Below are positions 25,841 through 35,632 of a stretch of DNA of 64,000 bases, in pieces. The stretch is from an uncultured Alphaproteobacteria bacterium. GTDB taxonomy: Bacteria > Pseudomonadota > Alphaproteobacteria > JAJUGE01. The stretch lies in NCBI GenBank assembly GCA_964625225.1, contig CAZVAR010000004.1:353-64352 (forward strand). The letters are read 5' to 3'. Each line of letters starts with the position of its first letter. The stretch's first letter is position 1. The position numbers and the translations under genes were made by a program. The notes below the pieces were generated by a model. The model saw nothing but the letters and a program-made list of their open reading frames with translations. It was not told the DNA's origin and ran no database searches.

Positions 25841-27271
25841 ATGCGGACGCATCGGGGCGCAGCCCTTGTTGTCGCGCTGTTGTGGTCGATCGCGGTTTGC
25901 GGCGGTCCGGCCTTCGGGGCGATGTTCAACCCGAAGAGCTTCACGCTGAACAACGGCATGCAGGTCGTGCTGGTGGAGAACCACCGCGTGCCGGCCGTGG
26001 TGCAAATGGTGTGGTACCGGGTCGGCGCCGCCGACGAGCCGCATGGCAAGTCGGGTATCGCGCACTTCCTCGAACATCTAATGTTCAAGGGTACGCCCGA
26101 TATCCCGCCGGGACAATTCTCGCGCATCGTCGCCCGGCACGGCGGTCGCGACAACGCCTTCACCACACAGGACTATACGGCCTATTACCAGGTCGTCTCT
26201 GCGGATCAGCTCGAACTGGTCATGCGGATGGAGGCGGATCGTATGGCCAATCTCGTCCTTACCGACGAGGTTGTGGCGCCCGAGCGGGACGTGGTGCTGG
26301 AAGAACGCCGCGCCCGTGTCGACAACTCGCCTGCGGCCCAGCTCGCGGAGGCGATGGGCGCCACCATGTACTTCCATCACCCCTACGGCACGCCGGTCAT
26401 CGGCTGGGAGTCCGAGATCCGGGGCCTCAATACGGAGGATGCGCTCGCCTTCTACCGGCGGCACTATGCACCCAACAATGCGGTGCTGGTGGTTGCGGGT
26501 GATATCGGCCTCGAAGAGCTGAAGCCGCTCGCGGAGAAATACTACGGGGCCATTCCCCGGCGCCCGGTTCCGCCGCGCGAACGTGTCAGCGAGCCGCCGC
26601 ACCAAACTGCGCGGCGCGTCGTGCTGACCAGCGAGCAGGTGCGGGAACCATCCTGGCGGAGAAGCTACCAGGCCCCGACCTATCGCACCGCCGAGGCAGG
26701 TCGGGCCTATGCCCTCGAGGTCCTGAGCGAGATCTTGGGCGGTGGGGCCATCAGCCGGCTCTACCGATCCCTGGTGGTGGAGCAGGAGCTCGCCGCTGCA
26801 GCCGGTTCCTGGTACGACGGTAATGCGTTGGATTTCTCCACGTTCGGCGTTTATGCGACGCCGCGTCCGGCCGGAAGCGTCACGGCCGTCGAGGCGGCCG
26901 TCGTCGCCGAGATCGAGAAGCTGCTCGAGCATGGAGTGACCGAGGCCGAGGTTCACGATGCGAAGCAGCGCCTCAAGGCGGCCGCGGTCTACGCTCGGGA
27001 CGATCTGGAGACAGCGGCCCAAATTCTGGGCACCGCGCTGATGACCGGCCGCACCATCGACGAAGTCGAGGCCTGGCCCGAGCGGATCGGGGCCGTCACC
27101 GTGGCCGACGTCGATGCGGCGGCGAAGGCGGTGCTTCAGGAGAGGCTCTCGGTGACCGGCATTCTGCTTCCGGCCGGCCGTGCGGCGACCCCGGCAGCCG
27201 CGGTGGCTCCGGTCCCGGTCCCGCCCGCGCGCGACGGTGACGCACCCGCCCAGGCGGGAGGGAGGTCGTGA
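25841..27271 (+). CDS. M16-family zinc peptidase (pitrilysin-like, active-site subunit)
   Basis: The protein has a signal peptide, an inverted zinc motif HFLEHLMFKG (HxxEH), and a downstream Glu region. It is 476 aa. Confidence 0.85.
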   Translation: MRTHRGAALVVALLWSIAVCGGPAFGAMFNPKSFTLNNGMQVVLVENHRVPAVVQMVWYRVGAADEPHGKSGIAHFLEHLMFKGTPDIPPGQFSRIVARHGGRDNAFTTQDYTAYYQVVSADQLELVMRMEADRMANLVLTDEVVAPERDVVLEERRARVDNSPAAQLAEAMGATMYFHHPYGTPVIGWESEIRGLNTEDALAFYRRHYAPNNAVLVVAGDIGLEELKPLAEKYYGAIPRRPVPPRERVSEPPHQTARRVVLTSEQVREPSWRRSYQAPTYRTAEAGRAYALEVLSEILGGGAISRLYRSLVVEQELAAAAGSWYDGNALDFSTFGVYATPRPAGSVTAVEAAVVAEIEKLLEHGVTEAEVHDAKQRLKAAAVYARDDLETAAQILGTALMTGRTIDEVEAWPERIGAVTVADVDAAAKAVLQERLSVTGILLPAGRAATPAAAVAPVPVPPARDGDAPAQAGGRS

Positions 27272-28620
27272 TCTCCGCCATCGCGCGCCGCGTGGCTTCG
27301 GTTCTTCTCCTCATCCTGGTCGCCTTGCCCTGGCCCGCGGCGGCGGTCGAGGTGCAGCGGGTCGTGAGCCCGGGCGGCATCGAGGCGTGGCTGGTCGAGG
27401 ACCACAACGTCCCGGTGCTGGCGGTGAGCTTCGCATTCCGGGACGCCGGCGCCGCGTACGATCCGGAGGCGCGGCGGGGGCTTGCCAACATGGTGTCCGG
27501 CCTGCTCGACGAGGGCGCGGGCGATCTCGATTCGCAGAGCTTTCAGAAGCGCCTCGCCGACCTGTCGATTTCACTCGGCTTCAACGCCGGCCGGGACGAT
27601 TTCACCGGCAGCCTCGCTACGCTGACCGAGAACCGCGAGGAGGCGGTGCGACTCCTCGCCCTGGCGCTGACCGAGCCGCGCTTCGATCCCGAGCCGGTGG
27701 CGCGCGTCCGTGACCAGATCCTGATCGCTCTCGCGCGCAGGAGCGTCGATCCGTCCAGCCTTGCCTACCGGACTTGGTTCCGGCTGATGTTCGGTGCCCA
27801 TCCCTATGGCCGCCCGACGGACGGCGAGACGGAAACCGTGGCGGCGATCCAGTCCGAGGATCTGCACCGCTTCGTCGCGGAACGGTTCGCCCGTGACAAT
27901 CTGATCGTCGGCGTCGCAGGCGACGTTACGGCGGCGGAGTTGGCAGTACTGCTGGACCGCGCCTTCGGCGGGCTGCCCCCAGCGCCGACGCCGCGCAGGC
28001 TGCCGGAGGTGGAGCGCCTCGGCACCGGTGAACTGGTGGTGGTCGAGCGACCGGTTCCGCAGAGCATCGCGGTGTTCGGCCATGGCGGGCTCCGCCGCGA
28101 GGATCCGGATTGGTATGCGGCGCTGATCCTCAATTACGTGTTGGGTGGCGGCGGGTTCAGTTCGAGGCTGACCGAGGAGGTGCGGGAGAAGCGGGGTCTG
28201 GCCTACGGCGTCTCGACCTCGCTTTATCCCCTCGACCGGGGCGGCCTCGTCCTGGGGCAGGTCGCGACCCAGAACGACAGGGTTGCCCAGTCGATCGAAA
28301 TCATCCGGGCCGAGTGGCGGCGGTTCGCGGAGGATGGCCCGACGCCTGAGGAGGTCGCGGCCGCAAAGGCCTATCTGATCGGTTCCTTCCCGATCAGCCT
28401 GGACAGCACGCGGCGCATCGCGGCGACGCTGGTTTCCATTCAGGAGAATGCGCTAGGTATCGACTATCTCGACCGGCGCAAGGCGTTGATCGAGGGCGTG
28501 ACGCCAGAGGATCTGAAGCGCGTCGCAGGCAGGTTGTTCCGGGCGGAGGATCTCACCTTCGTCGTCGTCGGCAGTCCGACGGAACTGCGCCCGACGCGGG
28601 AACCGCCGCACCCCGGTTGA
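27268..28620 (+). CDS. M16-family peptidase-like protein (no HxxEH motif found, probable non-catalytic partner)
   Basis: A GTG start overlaps the upstream stop by 4 nt. There is a signal peptide (VISAIARRVASVLLLILVALPWPAAA). The fold is M16-like, but I found no HxxEH motif. Confidence 0.8.
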   Translation: MISAIARRVASVLLLILVALPWPAAAVEVQRVVSPGGIEAWLVEDHNVPVLAVSFAFRDAGAAYDPEARRGLANMVSGLLDEGAGDLDSQSFQKRLADLSISLGFNAGRDDFTGSLATLTENREEAVRLLALALTEPRFDPEPVARVRDQILIALARRSVDPSSLAYRTWFRLMFGAHPYGRPTDGETETVAAIQSEDLHRFVAERFARDNLIVGVAGDVTAAELAVLLDRAFGGLPPAPTPRRLPEVERLGTGELVVVERPVPQSIAVFGHGGLRREDPDWYAALILNYVLGGGGFSSRLTEEVREKRGLAYGVSTSLYPLDRGGLVLGQVATQNDRVAQSIEIIRAEWRRFAEDGPTPEEVAAAKAYLIGSFPISLDSTRRIAATLVSIQENALGIDYLDRRKALIEGVTPEDLKRVAGRLFRAEDLTFVVVGSPTELRPTREPPHPG

Positions 28621-28678
28621 TGCGTTCGGCACGCGGTGCCAAGGTCCGGTGCAGATTGCCGGTACGTGGAGACGATGC

Positions 28679-30010
28679 ATGGCCGACGACTTTCCTTACG
28701 AGCAGGTGATCGAGGGCTGCCTCGTGGAGCGGATCGGCGACGGCGGTCTCGGCCGGGAGGCCTTCGACCACCGTCTCGCGGCAACCGCCGGTGCGCTCGA
28801 GGCGCTGCGCCGGCACTATGACGGAGGCACCCTGCCGCTGCTGCGCCTTCCCGGGACGCGCGACGATCTGCCGGGAATCGAGGCGCGTGCGGAGTATCAC
28901 CGCGAACGGGCCGACGACGTGGTGGTCCTGGGGACCGGCGGATCGAGTCTCGGCGGCCAATCGCTCTACGCCTTGGCCGACGCGGGCTTCGGTCCCGGCG
29001 GGCACGCACCCCGGCTCCACTTTCTCGACAATGTCGACCCGCACACCTTCGATCATCTGTTCCGGGCCGTCGACCTCGCCAAAACCGACTTCATCGTCAT
29101 CTCGAAATCGGGAAGTACGGCGGAAACCCTGACGCAGTTCCTGATCTGCCTCGAAGCGTTGGTCGACGCGGTCGGCCGTGGTCGCGCCGCGGATCATGTA
29201 ACGGCGATCACCGAGCCGAAAGACAACGTTCTCCGACGGCTGGCCGAGGCCTGGGGCATGACCGTCCTCGACCATGATCCCGGAATCGGCGGGCGCTACT
29301 CGGCATTGTCGCTGGTGGGCCTGTTGCCGGCCGCGATCGCGGGGCTCGACGTGGCGGCGGTGCGCGAGGGCGCGCATGCGGTGCTGCACGCGACGCTGAC
29401 GGCGGAGACTCCGGCGGCCTCCGACCCGGCGGTCGGCGCCGCCCTGAACGTCGGCTTGGCCGAGGAGCGGGGGGTGAGCGCCACGGTGCTGATGCCCTAC
29501 AGCGACCGGCTGGCCTGGTTCGCGATGTGGTTCCGCCAACTTTGGGCGGAGAGCCTGGGCAAGGCCGGCAAGGGAACGTTACCGGTGCGTGCGGTCGGCA
29601 CGGTGGACCAGCACAGCCAGCTCCAGCTCTACTTGGCCGGGCCGCCCGACAAGATGTTCACCATCGTCCTGACCGAGGCGGCCGGGACCGGGCACGTCGT
29701 TTCCCCCGAGTTCGCCTCTGATCCGGCGCTTGCCTACCTCGCCGGCCGGAAGATGGGCGACCTGCTGGACGCGGAGCAGCGTGCGACGGCCGAGACGCTG
29801 ATCCGCAACGGCCGGCCGACCCGCCTGCTGAAGGTGGGTCGGGTGGACGAGGCAACCATGGGCGCGCTGATGATGCATTACTTCCTCGAGACCATTATCG
29901 CCGCGCATCTCTGGGCAGTGGACCCGTTCGACCAACCGGCGGTCGAGGAGGGCAAAATCCTGACTCGGCAATATCTTGGAGAGATGCAGGTACCGGGCCC
30001 CCGGGGATGA
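28679..30010 (+). CDS. pgi: Glucose-6-phosphate isomerase (short bacterial type)
   Basis: The ATG at 28679 gives [10 protein letters not shown]... The protein contains motifs ...[14 protein letters not shown]..., [11 protein letters not shown] and ...DQPAVEEGK..., which match the PGI/SIS family. The N-terminal boundary is uncertain, because a GTG at 28649 is also possible. Confidence 0.8.
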   Translation: MADDFPYEQVIEGCLVERIGDGGLGREAFDHRLAATAGALEALRRHYDGGTLPLLRLPGTRDDLPGIEARAEYHRERADDVVVLGTGGSSLGGQSLYALADAGFGPGGHAPRLHFLDNVDPHTFDHLFRAVDLAKTDFIVISKSGSTAETLTQFLICLEALVDAVGRGRAADHVTAITEPKDNVLRRLAEAWGMTVLDHDPGIGGRYSALSLVGLLPAAIAGLDVAAVREGAHAVLHATLTAETPAASDPAVGAALNVGLAEERGVSATVLMPYSDRLAWFAMWFRQLWAESLGKAGKGTLPVRAVGTVDQHSQLQLYLAGPPDKMFTIVLTEAAGTGHVVSPEFASDPALAYLAGRKMGDLLDAEQRATAETLIRNGRPTRLLKVGRVDEATMGALMMHYFLETIIAAHLWAVDPFDQPAVEEGKILTRQYLGEMQVPGPRG

Positions 30011-31785
30011 GCCTCCGTGTTCTGCCGCCGGGGCTGGTGAACCGCATCGCCGCTGGCGAGGTGGTGGAGCGACCGGCCTCGGTGGTCAAGGAACTGGTGG
30101 AGAACGCACTCGACGCCGGGGCGCGGCGGATCGAGGTGAGCCTGCGCGACGGCGGCCGTTCGCTGATCGCCGTTGTCGACGACGGTGCCGGAATGGCGCC
30201 GGCGGAGCTGGATCTGGCAGTCGAACGGCACGCGACGTCGAAGCTGCCGGATGACGATCTGGTGCGCATCGCCACGCTCGGCTTCCGTGGCGAAGCGCTG
30301 CCCTCGATCGGTGCCGTCGCGCGCCTGGCGATTACCAGCCGCCCGCCCGGCGCCGACAGCGCCTGGACGATCCTGGTCGAGGGAGGCACCAAGCGGGCCC
30401 CGGCACCGGCCGCGCATCCGCCGGGCACCCGTGTCGAGGTGCGTGACCTGTTCTATGCGACTCCGGCCAGGCTCAAGTTTCTCAAAGCGCCGCGCACGGA
30501 GGCACTTGCCGCTTTGGATTGTTTGAAGCGGCTGGCGATGGCCTGGCCGGAGGTCGCCTTCACGCTGCTCGATGACGGCCGGGCATCGTTGCGGCTGGCA
30601 CCGGCGCAGGGTGAGCTGTTCGCCGCGAGGCTCGACCGCTTGGGCGCCGTGCTCGGGCGCGAGTTCGCCGACAATGCGGTGCCCGTCGACGCCGAGCGGG
30701 AGGGCATCCGCCTCACGGGCCACGCCGGACTGCCGACCTATTCGCGCGCCAATACCCTTTCGCAGTTCCTGTTCGTCAATGGCCGGCCGGTGCGCGACCG
30801 GCTCCTCCAGGGGGCCGTGCGGGGCGCGTATGACGATCTCGTTCCCAACGGCCGCTACCCTGCGGTGGCACTGTTCCTGGAGGTGCCGCCGGAACTGGTC
30901 GACGTCAACGTGCATCCGGCCAAGGCCGAGGTTCGCTTCCGCGAGGCCGCGTTGGTGCGCGGCCTGCTGGTGTCGGCGTTGCGCCATGCGCTGGCCGGGG
31001 CCGGACATCGCGCCGCGACGACGGTCTCGGCTGCGGCGCTTGCCGCATTCCGCCACGGTCCCGTATCGTCGCCGAGCTATCCGCCTCGCGGGATGCCGCA
31101 GGCGGGCCTCGCGGAGGCGACGGTCGCCTATCAAGCACCGCTGACCGGGACCGTGGTGACCTCGGCGCCACCGCCGGCGGACGAACCGGCCGGAGCGGCC
31201 GAGCATCCCCTGGGGGCCGCACGGGCGCAGCTTCACGGCACCTACATCGTCGCGCAGACCGCGGACGGCATCGTGATCGTGGATCAGCATGCGGCGCACG
31301 AGCGGCTGGTCTATGAGCGGATCAAGGCGGCACTGGCGGAGGGCGGAGTGAAACGGCAGCTCCTGCTGCTGCCGGAAGTGGTCGAGCTGGACGATGCCGC
31401 GGCGGCGGAGCGGCTGGCGGCGCGCGCCGGAGAGCTGGCCGAGCTCGGTCTCGTGCTTGAGGCTTTCGGCACCGGGGCCGTGCTGGTCCGCGAGGTGCCG
31501 GCATTGCTGGGGGAGACGGCGGTGCAGGGTCTGGTACGTGATCTTGCCGACGAACTCGCCGCTTTCGACACCGCCGAGAGCCTCCGCGACCGGCTCGATG
31601 CCGTCTGTTCGCGGATGGCCTGCCACGGCAGCGTCCGCGCCGGCCGGCGGCTGAACGAGGCCGAGATGAACGCGCTGCTGCGGGAGATGGAGCGCACGCC
31701 CTTCGCCGGACAGTGCAACCATGGCCGCCCGACCTACGTTGAACTGAAGCTCGGCGATATCGAGCGGCTGTTCGGACGTCGATAA
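30007..31785 (+). CDS. mutL: DNA mismatch repair protein MutL
   Basis: The protein begins [38 protein letters not shown]..., the GHKL ATPase N-terminus. Its C-terminal dimerisation region contains ...CNHGRPT... It is 592 aa. Confidence 0.95.
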   Translation: MSLRVLPPGLVNRIAAGEVVERPASVVKELVENALDAGARRIEVSLRDGGRSLIAVVDDGAGMAPAELDLAVERHATSKLPDDDLVRIATLGFRGEALPSIGAVARLAITSRPPGADSAWTILVEGGTKRAPAPAAHPPGTRVEVRDLFYATPARLKFLKAPRTEALAALDCLKRLAMAWPEVAFTLLDDGRASLRLAPAQGELFAARLDRLGAVLGREFADNAVPVDAEREGIRLTGHAGLPTYSRANTLSQFLFVNGRPVRDRLLQGAVRGAYDDLVPNGRYPAVALFLEVPPELVDVNVHPAKAEVRFREAALVRGLLVSALRHALAGAGHRAATTVSAAALAAFRHGPVSSPSYPPRGMPQAGLAEATVAYQAPLTGTVVTSAPPPADEPAGAAEHPLGAARAQLHGTYIVAQTADGIVIVDQHAAHERLVYERIKAALAEGGVKRQLLLLPEVVELDDAAAAERLAARAGELAELGLVLEAFGTGAVLVREVPALLGETAVQGLVRDLADELAAFDTAESLRDRLDAVCSRMACHGSVRAGRRLNEAEMNALLREMERTPFAGQCNHGRPTYVELKLGDIERLFGRR

Positions 31786-31838
31786 GGAGATACCGTCGGC
31801 CCGATCCTTCTCCCCTCAGTGAAGAGAGGACGAACGGA

Positions 31839-32345
31839 ATGAAACGCTTCAACGGCCCAAGCCTTCCCGCCCTGATCTTCGCGGCACTGATGCCCGTCCT
31901 GCCGGCGGCTGCGGCGGTGGCGCAGACCGGGCCGCCAGCAGCGGTTCAACAGCGGCAGCCGACGCCTCGCATCGACGCTGATCGTGACGGCGGCATCGAT
32001 AGGAAGGAGCTGATCGCCGAGCGCGAGCGGATCTTCGCGCGCTTCGACGCCGACGGCGACGATCGGCTGACCCGGCTCGAGGTGGAGACGGTACGCGACA
32101 AGCTGCGTCAAGCCTGGATGATGCGGCACTGGAACTCGCAAACAATGGAAGCGCGCCGGCCGCCGGACCTCGATGTCGACCGGTTCTTCAGCCGCAACGA
32201 CCGCAATCTCGACGGTACGGTAACCAAACAGGAGTTCCTGGCGGAGGTGGAGGACCGCTTCAAGCGGTTCGATCGCGACGGCGACGGCCGGATCACCGAG
32301 GAAGAGGTCCATTCGCCGCCGCAGCCTGCTCCGCAGCAGCGCTAA
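31839..32345 (+). CDS. Secreted EF-hand calcium-binding protein (four EF-hand loops)
   Basis: The signal peptide is MKRFNGPSLPALIFAALMPVLPAAAAVAQ. There are four 12-residue loops: DADRDGGIDRKE, DADGDDRLTRLE, DRNLDGTVTKQE and DRDGDGRITEEE. Confidence 0.75.
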   Translation: MKRFNGPSLPALIFAALMPVLPAAAAVAQTGPPAAVQQRQPTPRIDADRDGGIDRKELIAERERIFARFDADGDDRLTRLEVETVRDKLRQAWMMRHWNSQTMEARRPPDLDVDRFFSRNDRNLDGTVTKQEFLAEVEDRFKRFDRDGDGRITEEEVHSPPQPAPQQR

Positions 32346-32432
32346 GAAGCGGCCGAGGTTGCGGGTCCGGTCGGTGACCGGAACGGGCAATCGGGCGGCG
32401 CTCGAGGGACCACGGGCACGGCCCCTGCCGCC

Positions 32433-33014
32433 TCAGGGGTCAGGGGCGTCTCCGAACCGCAGAACCAGGACACGCGCGGCGCCGTAGCGGCGTTCGCGCA
32501 GAATTCGAAACCCCGATGGCGGATCAGGTGGCGCGTCGCGCGCTGCCAGTTCGACGGTCGCGAGCCCCGTAGCGGCGAGCCAGCCATTGGCTTGCAGCGC
32601 GGTCAGCGCCGGCCAGGCGAGACCGCTGCGATAGGGCGGGTCCAAGAAGACGAGGTCATGGACAGCAACCGCCGGGCCGGGGGCGGTCGCGTCCCGCCGC
32701 AGGACTGTGACCCGACCGGTTTCGCCGAGCATTCGCGCCGTTTCCCGGGCCGCTGCGAGCGCGCTCTCGGTCGTGTCGAGCAGCGTGGCATAGGCGGCGC
32801 CTCGGGAGATCGCCTCGAACGCGAGCGCACCGGTCCCGCAGAAGGCATCCAACACGCGTGCGCCGGGTAGGGCCGACCCCCCGCCCCGGCCGTAACCGCC
32901 ATGCTCCAGCATGTTGAACAGTGCCTCGCGAACACGGTCTGCGGTCGGCCGTATCTCCAGGCCGGGCGGCGTGATGATCCTGCGACCTCGGTGCCTGCCA
33001 CCGACGATGCGCAT
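32433..33014 (-). CDS. rsmD: 16S rRNA (guanine966-N2)-methyltransferase
   Basis: The internal ATG at 33014 gives MRIVGGRHRGRRIITPPGLEIRPTADRVREALFNML... It contains FCGTGALAFEAISRG and the FLDPPY motif. The upstream extension of the track ORF overlaps the rluB-like gene. Confidence 0.85.
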   Translation of the reverse strand: MRIVGGRHRGRRIITPPGLEIRPTADRVREALFNMLEHGGYGRGGGSALPGARVLDAFCGTGALAFEAISRGAAYATLLDTTESALAAARETARMLGETGRVTVLRRDATAPGPAVAVHDLVFLDPPYRSGLAWPALTALQANGWLAATGLATVELAARDAPPDPPSGFRILRERRYGAARVLVLRFGDAPDP

Positions 33015-33022
33015 GGGAAGGA

Positions 33023-33805
33023 TCAGGCGCTCGACGCCGCAGCGCCGCGGCGATCGCGAGCGTTGGTGTCCGGACGTCGGCCGAGCTGCTCGCGCAGGAC
33101 CCGCGGCGAGACCTCTTCGACGGCGCCTCGCGCGAGATTGCCGAGCTGGAACGGGCCGTAGGCGATCCGGATCAGACGATTGACCGGATAGCCGAGATGC
33201 TCCATGACGCGGCGAATCTCGCGATTGCGGCCCTCCTGGAGCGAGACGGTAACCCAACTGTTGTCGCCGCGCTGTGAGTCGACGGTGGCGCGGATCGGGC
33301 CGTAGCGGACGCCCTCGATCGTGATGCCCTCGGCGAGGAGGGACAGGTGCGCCGGATCGACCTTGCCGAACACCCGCGCGCGATAGCGGCGCGTCCAGCC
33401 GCGCGACGGCAGCTCCAGGTCGCGGGCGAGGGCGCCGTCATTGGTCAGCAAGAGCAGGCCCTCGGAGTTGAGGTCGAGACGGCCGACCGTGACCACCCGT
33501 GGCAGCTCGGGCGGCAGCCGGTCGAAGATCGTGGGCCGGCCCTGCGGGTCGCGATTGCTGGTCAGCAGGCCGCGCGGCTTGTGATAGCGCCAGAGCCGCG
33601 TCCGCTCGGCGGTGGGCAGCGGCTTGCCGTCCACCGTGATCCGGCTTTCCGGCGTCACGACGACGCCCGGGCCGGTCAGGATCGTACCGTCGACGGCGAC
33701 CCGCCTTTCGGCGATCCAGCGCTCCGCCTCGCGCCTGGAACATAGGCCGGCGCGCGCGAGGCGCTTGGCGATGCGCTCGCCACGCTCCGGGCGCTCTTGG
33801 CTCAT
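33023..33805 (-). CDS. rluB: Pseudouridine synthase, RsuA/RluB family (S4 domain plus catalytic domain)
   Basis: The ATG at 33805 gives MSQERPERGERIAKRLARAGLCSRREAERWI..., the S4 domain. The catalytic motif is GRLDLNSEGLLLLTNDG. The specific rluB assignment is tentative. Confidence 0.8.
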   Translation of the reverse strand: MSQERPERGERIAKRLARAGLCSRREAERWIAERRVAVDGTILTGPGVVVTPESRITVDGKPLPTAERTRLWRYHKPRGLLTSNRDPQGRPTIFDRLPPELPRVVTVGRLDLNSEGLLLLTNDGALARDLELPSRGWTRRYRARVFGKVDPAHLSLLAEGITIEGVRYGPIRATVDSQRGDNSWVTVSLQEGRNREIRRVMEHLGYPVNRLIRIAYGPFQLGNLARGAVEEVSPRVLREQLGRRPDTNARDRRGAAASSA

Positions 33806-34518
33806 CGTGTCGCCTCGACCAGAGCGGCGAAGATCTTCGGGTCGGCCGGGTTGATCGCGTATTCGGGGTGCCACTGAACCCCCAGGCAGAAGCGGTAGCG
33901 CGGCGCTTCGATCGCCTCGATCACCCCGTCGGGAGCTGTCGCGGAGATCACGATGTCGTCCGTCGCATCCTTGGCTGCCTGATGATGGGCGCTGTTGACC
34001 GGCAGTGCCTCGGCGTCTCCGGTGATGCGGTGCAGCAGGGTACCGGGCGCGACGCGCACCGTGTGTCCGGGCTCGGTGCGAGGATTGGGCTGCTCGTGCT
34101 GTAGCGCGCCCGGTACCTCGTCGGGGATGTGCTGGATCAGCGTGCCGCCGAGGACGACATGCAGGAGCTGCTGGCCGCCGCAGATGCCGAGCACCGGCAT
34201 GTCCCGCTCGAGCGCGCCGCGCGTGACGGCCAGTTCGAAGGCGGTCCGTTCGGCTTTGAGTGTGACACTCGGATGGCGCGTGGTGGCGCCGAATAGGGCC
34301 GGGTCGATGTCGAAGGCGCCGCCGGTGACGACGAGGGCATCGATCCGGTCCAGATAGGACTCCGCGAGCATGGTCTCGTGCGGCAACATGACTGGCAGGC
34401 CGCCGGCCGAGACGACGCTCGCGGCGTAGTTGCGGCGAAGTGCGTACCAGGGCAGCTTCGAATAGCCGCCCGGTTCCTCCGCGTCGAGAGTGATGCCGAT
34501 GACAGGACGTCGGGTCAT
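33802..34518 (-). CDS. Class I glutamine amidotransferase-like / peptidase C26 (gamma-glutamyl-GABA hydrolase family)
   Basis: The ATG at 34518 gives MTRRPVIGITLD... The nucleophile region is GICGGQQLL and the C-terminal region is ...NSAHHQA...GVQWHPE. Its stop overlaps the rluB-like start by 4 nt. Confidence 0.8.
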   Translation of the reverse strand: MTRRPVIGITLDAEEPGGYSKLPWYALRRNYAASVVSAGGLPVMLPHETMLAESYLDRIDALVVTGGAFDIDPALFGATTRHPSVTLKAERTAFELAVTRGALERDMPVLGICGGQQLLHVVLGGTLIQHIPDEVPGALQHEQPNPRTEPGHTVRVAPGTLLHRITGDAEALPVNSAHHQAAKDATDDIVISATAPDGVIEAIEAPRYRFCLGVQWHPEYAINPADPKIFAALVEATR

Positions 34519-34605
34519 GGCGGCAATGTAAGGACCGATCCGGAGCGGGGCAATTGCGGAGGCCGGGGATTGACGCCGGCCGACGTCTTCTGTCGACATG
34601 TGCGC

Positions 34606-35169
34606 ATGACGGTGAAGGAGCGGCCGACCCCGATGGACCTGGCCCTCGCCGAGGCGGAACGGGCCGCGGCGGCCGGCGAGGTGCCGGTCGGGGCGGTACT
34701 GGTGGACGGGCGCAGCGGTGCCGTCCTGGCCCGGGCCCACAACCGCGTCGAGACCGACAACGATCCGACTGCGCATGCCGAGCTGTTGGCGATCCGGGCG
34801 GCGGCTACAGCGCTCGGCACGCCGCGCCTGGCGGGCTGTGACCTCTATGTGACGCTGGAGCCCTGTCCCATGTGCGCGCAGGCGATCGCCTTTGCCCGCA
34901 TCCGCAGGCTCTATTTCGGCGCCGGCGATCCGAAGGGGGGCGGGGTCGAACATGGGCCGCGGATATTCGACCAGCCGAGCTGCCACCATCGACCGGAAGT
35001 CTATGGCGGCATCCGGGAGCGGCGTGCAGCGGAGTTGCTACGGGGCTTCTTCCGGGTCAGGCGCGGGGAAGCGGCGGCGCAACGGACGGGCGAGGCGGGC
35101 GGCGGCGAGCGCCGCGATCAGCCCGGTCACGATCCCGGCCACTCCCGCGGCGAGCGGTGGGACCTCTGA
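34606..35169 (+). CDS. tadA: tRNA-specific adenosine deaminase
   Basis: The ATG at 34606 gives MTVKERPTPMDLALAEAERAAAAGEVPVGAVLV... The protein has the zinc motifs HAE and PCPMC and ends the core with ...LLRGFFRVRR. A 36-aa Arg/Gly-rich tail runs antisense into the next gene. Confidence 0.85.
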   Translation: MTVKERPTPMDLALAEAERAAAAGEVPVGAVLVDGRSGAVLARAHNRVETDNDPTAHAELLAIRAAATALGTPRLAGCDLYVTLEPCPMCAQAIAFARIRRLYFGAGDPKGGGVEHGPRIFDQPSCHHRPEVYGGIRERRAAELLRGFFRVRRGEAAAQRTGEAGGGERRDQPGHDPGHSRGERWDL

Positions 35170-35568
35170 GGCCAGGGTGACCACGGCGACCGGCGTGTCG
35201 GCTGGATCGGCTTCCTGCGAAGCCGGGAGCTCGGGCATTGCCGTCTCCGGGGCGACAGGAGCGTCCGTCGGCGCCATCGCCGGTTCGCCGGTCGGGCAGA
35301 GCCGGGCGGCGGCGTAAAGGAACCAGGGTGCCACCTCGAGCGCGAGAATGTTCGGATCCTGATGCACCATGCCGGTCAGTACCGCGTGCATCTTCTCGAT
35401 GCCCTGATCGTGGACGCACCGGACGAACTCGGATTCCCGCTGCGGGTCGGCTCGTAGCAGGTCCATCAGGCCGCTGAGATAGGCGCCGCGGTCGCGATCC
35501 GAGAGCTCTCCGAAATACTGGCGCAAGGTCAGTGCTTCCCCGGTCCCGGGGAGCAGGACGGTAAGCAT
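35038..35568 (-). CDS. Hypothetical membrane-anchored protein (two-Cys domain, Pro/Ala linker, C-terminal TM helix)
   Basis: The frame has good G/C-ending codon usage from the ATG at 35568 (MLTVLLPGTGEALTLRQYFGELSDRDRGAYLSGLMDLL...FVRCVHDQGIEKMHAVLTGMVHQDPNILALEVAPWFLYAAARLCP...). It ends with AGVAGIVTGLIAALAAARLARPLRRR. The start codon is uncertain, because an upstream CTG would give a better signal peptide. Any resemblance to Rap1a/Tai4-type immunity folds is only impressionistic. Confidence 0.45.
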   Translation of the reverse strand: MLTVLLPGTGEALTLRQYFGELSDRDRGAYLSGLMDLLRADPQRESEFVRCVHDQGIEKMHAVLTGMVHQDPNILALEVAPWFLYAAARLCPTGEPAMAPTDAPVAPETAMPELPASQEADPADTPVAVVTLASEVPPLAAGVAGIVTGLIAALAAARLARPLRRRFPAPDPEEAP

Positions 35569-35632
35569 GACCGTTGCCAGCGCCGCCCGTTGCAGCCGGC
35601 CGCGAGCTCTGATGAGATATCGGCCGGGACCG

